The notes under the pieces are model-generated. The model worked only from the letters and a program-made list of their open reading frames with translations. It had not been told where the DNA came from and ran no database searches. The position numbers were made by a program, and so were the translations under genes. A stretch of 64,000 nt of DNA from the human T2T-CHM13v2.0 reference genome, Homo sapiens: assembly GCF_009914755.1 (NCBI RefSeq), contig NC_060930.1; one strand, given 5' to 3'. This document shows, in pieces, positions 54,025 through 64,000 of the stretch; position 1 is the first letter of the stretch, and the number at the start of each line of letters is the position of its first letter.

Positions 54025-55670
54025 ATGAATTGATGAATTGATATGCACACTAGTTACATAAAATAAAAATTTTCTGAACTTTTTCCGTGTTTTGCACTTT
54101 ATAATTATCTGTAATGCAATTTAATACACTCATATTTCATTCATTCAGTCGACAAAAATTAATTTAGTCCCTACGATAAACCAGATATCCCCTCATATGC
54201 TCACGTGCCTGACACTCCAGAAGTTTCTCAAGACCGAGGTGGAGACACTGGAGTGTTTTAAGTGGAGAGATGACACACTCCGACTCCCAGGAGCAGGACC
54301 ACTGTGAAAAGAACAGTCACGTAACAGGTCATGGGACAGTGCTAGTGTCACAACTCACAAGTGACAGTGTGGTGGGGACTAAGGGGACAGGAGGGCCTGA
54401 AGGATGAAAAGGACGGAGAGAAGGGCTGGAGAAGCAGGAGGTGAAGAAAAGGAGCAGAGGAAAGAATTCGAAAGCAGCAGAATTCTTAGGTTTAAATACA
54501 TTGTTTTATGGATTTTAATACATCCATCTACAGAGCCTAGCAGGGTGTCCTTGGCAGTTGGCCTTTAATACCTCATGTGGGTCTGCCTAAAAACTAATTT
54601 TTTAATGTTAATCAGGTTTAAAAATTACTAAGTGTTCCTATAAAATATACACAACACTTAGCAGTGGATACTTCCTAAAAACAGGCAGTGCATGAGCACT
54701 AGTGAGGGGCATTGTGACTACATTGAACAGTTGCAACTTTGAGGTGAATAAAGCCTGTACTGACTCCTGGTTGCAACTACCTGGTTGCAAAGTACACAGT
54801 GTGCTACTTTGTATTGAGGAGATATCCTGGACTCACACAGAAACTCAGAGCTATGGAATGATGGCAAATTTAAAATATGACAAGCGGGAGTCACAGGTAC
54901 ACTGCAAAAGTGAAACTTAGAAGCTTTGTGAGTCCTGTTGTAACGCTTTTGGGCACATTTATACATCATGGGGCCAAAGTCACATTTTTTACCGATTAGA
55001 TTCCTGATCATTCAGGGGTTACCAAGGTTCTGCTATCCAATGTATTTAATAAACAAATAAATAAATAAACTGGTCTCTATTCTGTCTCATGCACTCAGGC
55101 ACAACTTTTCCCAATAAAAAAAAAAAAAAAAAGGAAAACAAAAAACAGTTTCTACACCTCCATTCCCAGAGCAAGCTCACTCTCTGTCACCAAACTCCGT
55201 GGGTGGCTTTTCTTCTAGAAGAGTCCAGGTGGACAGGGAGTCCAGTTCAGGGACGGAGATTCCTGGATGAAAAGTGAAGGGAGAGGGACAGGGCCCATGC
55301 CGAGGGTTTCTTCCTGGTTTCTCAGACAGCTCCTGGGCCAAGACTCAGGGAAACACTGAGACAGAGCGCTTGGCACAGGAGGAGCGGGGTCAGGGCGAAG
55401 TCCCAGGGCCAGGCGTGGCTCTCAGGGTCTCAGGCCCCGAAGGCGGTGTATGGATTGGGGAGGCCCCGCCTTGGGGATTCGCCACCTCCGCAGTTTCTCT
55501 TCTTCTCACAACCTGCGACGGGTCCTTTTTCCTGGATACTCACGAAGCGGGCACAGTTCTCATTCCCACTAGGTGTCGGGTTTCTAGAGAAGCCAATCGG
55601 TGCCGCCGCGGTCCCGGTTCTAAAGTCCCCACGCACCCACCGGGACTCAGATTCTCCCCAGACGCCGAGG
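54025..55670 (+). promoter_or_regulatory. HLA-H: HLA-H upstream region and promoter, paralogous to positions ~10-1645
   Basis: Colinear with the HLA-G 5' flank; kB-like GGGGATTCGC, ISRE-like AGTTTCTCTTCT, CCAAT (~55593), TCTAAA (~55619). Confidence 0.85.
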
Positions 55671-58963
<3,293 letters not shown>

Positions 58964-60029
58964 TGGAACCCATGAGAACCTTCCAGAGTCCATGTGTTTC
59001 TTGTGCTGATTTGTTGCAGGGGAGGAGAATAGATGGGGCTGTGCCTAGTGGGTGCTCAGGCCAGTATGGACTTTATGTGGTCACTGCTCAGCTGGGTCAT
59101 CTTTGCTCCTTCATTCTCCTTGGCCCTTCAGTAGAACCTTGTCCCACCACCACCTGTGATCACAGGGACTTGGATGTCACCTACGGTGGTCCCTGCATAC
59201 AAATCTCATTGTGGTATCAAGAGACTAATTTTCAGACCTGTCCAGCTCTTGCCCTCCTCCCAGGGCTCTTTCCTGGATTGTAGTTTTCATCTTGTCTCCA
59301 ATCTTTTTAAAGGAAGCAGATTCTGAAATTTGCAGAGAGGAGGGGTCCCATAGTTTCTCATCATAGTGAACTTTCTGTTGGAGCTCCTCTTCTGCTCTCC
59401 TACTCTTCTTCCTGCCCTGAGTTGTAGTAATCCTAGTGCTGGCTCCAATCCAAACTCATGGATTTACAAAGCAGAGTCTAATTTAGATTCATACGTGGTT
59501 GGAAAATTGTACCCATAAGCCTAGGGTTATCTTTCCTGAAGAGAAAAATATGGTTGTGTGCTGCAGTGTGCAGGAGGGTTGGTGTGGGAAGAGGTAGGGA
59601 GGGAGGGAGGACACACAAGCACTCCTGGTGAGAAAAGCACTGGCGGCATCGATGTCCACATGAGATGATGTTGTTCTTTAGCTGCCACAAAACAGCATTT
59701 GCCCTGAGGCTACCTTAACAAAGATATTGGCTTTAGAATAGAGAAGTGCTCTACAGTGATCATTCATTCAACTGACATTTGTTGTCTGCTAGGGATATGA
59801 CTGCTTTTGCGTTTAGAAAGCATCATTAAGGTGAAAACAGAAAAATTTCTGGTGTTGTGGTACATATGTTCTAGATGCTAGCTTGTCTAACCCGTAGCTC
59901 GCAGGCTGAATGTGGCCCAGGACAGTTTTGAATGTGAGGAGTTTTTGCTTTTCTGTGGCGGACCTGAGACCTGGAGTGAGTGCACCCACCTCCCTCAGGA
60001 TCAGGAGTGAATGCTTTAGGAACCCTCCT

Positions 60030-61470
60030 TTGCAGTGACCTGCAAAAGATAGAGGGCACGGTTACTGTGAGAACCCAGAGTAGCAGCCAAAGGGGCTCAA
60101 CCTTCATGGAGTTTTGGGAAAGGTTAGTAAAAGGTGGTGTCCCAGCGTCAGAACAGATGGGCAGCCAGCGAGGGCACTGCTTCATATCTATGATGGGAAT
60201 GCAAGAATTGAGGAGCAGGAGACTGAGGGTGTTTGATCAAATACAAAGTCATGATCCCAGTCTCAATTCCTAGACTTCAGCCAAGCTTCAGATTCAGAAT
60301 CTACAGTGGGGCTTAAGGAGGCCAGGAAATAAACCTGGACACATTATGGCCCACTGTGGGACCACTGGGTTCATAAACCCAGTCCTGGTTATCTCCCCAT
60401 TCTCCACATGCATAATTGGCCTTGATGCACTGGCAAAGGGAGTCACCCCCACACTACATCCCTAGTCTGGAGAGTAAGGGCTATCATTGTGCTGAAGCCC
60501 AAAGGGAATCATCTAAAACTTCCCTCATCCCAGCCAAGCCAGAAGCAATATTGTGCCCCAGGTGGGACTTCAGGAGGGTACTGCAGGTATTGTAGGGGTG
60601 GCACTGCCATTAGAGAGCTGAAGGATGGGGGGTGGTGTTGGGATTGCCTATTATCTCCATATAATTCAGCAGTCTGTCCCTGAAGAAGCCTGATAAAGAA
60701 TGAATGGAATTACTCCAGACTTGACCAAGTAGGAGTCCTGATTGCAGCTGCCATGCTGGCTGGATATCACTGCTTGGGGAGATTAATAAGGCCTCAGGCA
60801 CATGGCAAACAGCCATGCATTTGGTGAGTGCATTCTTTCCCATTCCATTTAGAAAATGGATATGGAATGATTCACATTCACATGGGATTTATAATACATT
60901 TATTGATAGCTTGCCTCAGGGCTACTTTAACTCCTCAACCTTCTATAAATATCACCTTAAGAGATCTGGACAAATCAGACATCTCACAGAATACTAAATC
61001 TCTTCGTTTCATTGGCAATATCACATAGATTGGGATGGATGAGTAAGAGGAGGAAAGTACGCTGAATTCTTTGGCAAAACGTGTGCACTACAGAAGGTGA
61101 AGATTAACCTTACAGAGCTTCAAGAGTGGCCACTGCAGTGAAGTGTTATGGGTCCAGTGGTTAGGGGCATGCAGGGCTGTCCCCTCCAAAGTAAAAGACA
61201 AACTTGCATCTTGCATCCTCAACAGAAGGAAGGAAGCACACTATTTGGTGAGCTTCTCTGGGTCCTGGCAACACCACATTCCACATCTAAGTATATTGTT
61301 TGGCCCACTGTCTGGGTATAATATAGGAAGAGGTCAGCTTTGAGTGCGGACTAGACAGGAAAGGACACTGCAGCAGATCCAGGCGGTGGTGTACCAGGTC
61401 ATCAACTCTCAGTCCCCTGGTGCTGGGGGTGACAGCGTGGGGAAAGATGCTAGATGGAGCTGAACCAAGC
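60030..61470 (+). mobile_element. Second, deleted HERV16 internal fragment
   Basis: Colinear with ~43840-45815; LPQGYFNS RT motif in ORF 60815-60997. Confidence 0.85.
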
Positions 61471-61481
61471 AGCTGAGATCA

Positions 61482-61556
61482 AGTGAGCTGAGATCCCGCC
61501 CCTACACTCCAGCCTGAGCAACAAGAGTGAAACTCCATCTCAAAAAGAAAAAAAAA
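61482..61556 (+). mobile_element. Alu 3'-end fragment
   Basis: AGTGAGCTGAGATC...CACTCCAGCCTG...AAACTCCATCTCAAAAAG. Confidence 0.85.
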
Positions 61557-61784
61557 TTAAAAGGATAAGCACCCTCCCACATCAGAGATAACTCCCCAAC
61601 ACATAATATACATGCGGTGTGAGTTCTCTGTATGGGGAAGTTAAAAAAATACAGGTCAAACTGTGATTTGGGTATTATTGTAAAAATCTTCAGTGACAAT
61701 GCCAAGGAATAGCAAATACAAGACTCAAGACATAGGTTCCTTTTAGGGGATAGGATTGGACAACAGCCTAGGGTGGCTTCATAG

Positions 61785-62156
<372 letters not shown>

Positions 62157-62293
62157 TAAAGTGGTATTTTTCAAAATGCACCTTGTGTGCCATTCCTGAT
62201 TGATTGTTTGGAAATGAAAGAGAAAAGAAAATGCCAAAGTTCATCACAAGCATCCTTTGCGATAACTACTCGTAGTAAAACAAAGCCGCAGCT

Positions 62294-62677
<384 letters not shown>

Positions 62678-63264
62678 TCATTTGATCCTTGGCTAGTTGG
62701 CAACTCTCTACATTTTCTGATACACAGTGTTCAATCTGGTAGGTAAGGCAATAGTATCTTGCAAAGAATTTGAGAATTTGATATGTTGCTCACATTTTAC
62801 CACACATACAAGTGAATTAAACTTTTACAGAATAGAAAAAAAGCATTGTTGAGCAAAATAAATTAAATGAAAAGACATAAATGAATAACTAGTGATGAAA
62901 TAGCAATAAGAATGGAAAACACGAAAGAGCTGCTTTTAAAGCAACATTAGAAGCACAAAATAACAGTGTTTTTCAGAATCATACTGGAGTCCAAATCACT
63001 TCTACCACATCTAATTAAAAACCACAGTGAAAGATGTTAAACTGATCACAGGATGCCCACTGAATAGCCAGTTACTGAAAAATCTTGTTCCTAGATTGAA
63101 TTTAACCATTTCCACCTACCACATCAAACCAAATCATTGTCATGATGCTAAGCCAGTTGTACAGACAAAGATGTGAGACTCACATTTTTCTAATTGCAAA
63201 GCACCCTGATTAGGCAAATATTTTTGTAGATGCTTGAGTCAGAAAATTGTCATTTTGGGCATTC

Positions 63265-64000
63265 TTTTTTTTTTTTTTTTTTTTTTTGCCTTCAAGCATC
63301 TGTTTAACAAAGCACATCTTGCACCGCCCTTAATCCATTTAACCCTGAGTGGACACAGCACATGTTTCAGAGAGCACGGGGTTGCGGGTAAGGTTATAGA
63401 TTAACAGCATCCCAAGGCAGAAGAATTTTTCTTAGTACAGAACAAAATGGAGTCTCCTATGTCTGCTTCTTTCTACACAGACACAGCAACAATCTGATTT
63501 CTCTGTCTTTTCCCCACATTTCCCCCCTTTCTATTCGACAAAACCGCCATCGTCATCATGGCCCCTTCTCAATGAGCTGTTGGGTACACCTCCCAGACGG
63601 GGTGGCGGCCGGGCAGAGGGGCTCCTCACTTCCCAGACGGGGTGGCCGGGCAGAGGCGCCCCCCACCTCCTGGACGAGGTGGCTGGCCGGGCGGGGGCTG
63701 CCCCCCACCTCCCTCCTGGACGGGGTGGCTGCCGGGCAGAGACACTCCTCACTTCCCAGACGGGGTGGCTGCTGGGCGGAGGGGCTCCTCACCTCTCAGA
63801 CGGGGCGGCCGGGGAGAGACGCTCCTTACCTCCCAGACGGGGTGGCTGCTGGGCGGAGGGGCTCCTCACATCCCAGACAGGGCGGCGGGGCAGAGGCGCT
63901 CCCCACATCTCAGATGATGGGCGGCCGGGCAGAGACGCTCCTCACTTCCTAGACCGGATGGCGGCCGGGCAGAGGCTGCGATCTTGGCACTTTGGGAGGC
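63265..64000 (-). mobile_element. SVA retrotransposon: poly-A, shortened SINE-R, VNTR, start of Alu-like domain; continues past the window
   Basis: T-run, then TGCCTTCAAGCATCTGTTTAACAAAGCAC (SINE-R), then GC-rich CTTCCCAGACGGGGTGGC VNTR units at ~63590-63960. Confidence 0.96.

Overview
Human MHC class I alpha block (6p22.1), covering HLA-G to just past HLA-H. At 1646-4183 (+) is an intact HLA-G gene. Its sequence reads as G*01:06 (Thr258Met) on the 14-bp-insertion UTR-2 background. At 55671-58963 (+) is the HLA-H pseudogene, with Cys164Phe and an exon-4 frameshift giving a stop at codon 272. The ~50 kb between them is repeat-rich duplicon DNA: a MIC 3' remnant (MICF), a second and more decayed MIC exon-6 relic, a HERV16/ERVL provirus carrying an HCP5 paralogue, a solo MER9 (HERV-K9) LTR, and many Alu/L1/L2/MLT/DNA-transposon fragments. 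A 3'-truncated SVA runs off the right edge. The two most striking items are (1) a 560-bp retrocopy of the pre-rRNA 5'ETS, flanked by a target-site duplication (TSD) and A-tailed, that appears to start at the 01/A' processing site (23722-24281), and (2) a solo LTR10 with seven perfect AP-1 sites at exact 28-bp spacing about 15 kb downstream of HLA-G. Repeat subfamily names and external homologies are from memory and need database confirmation. Exon, TSD and motif coordinates were counted from the sequence.
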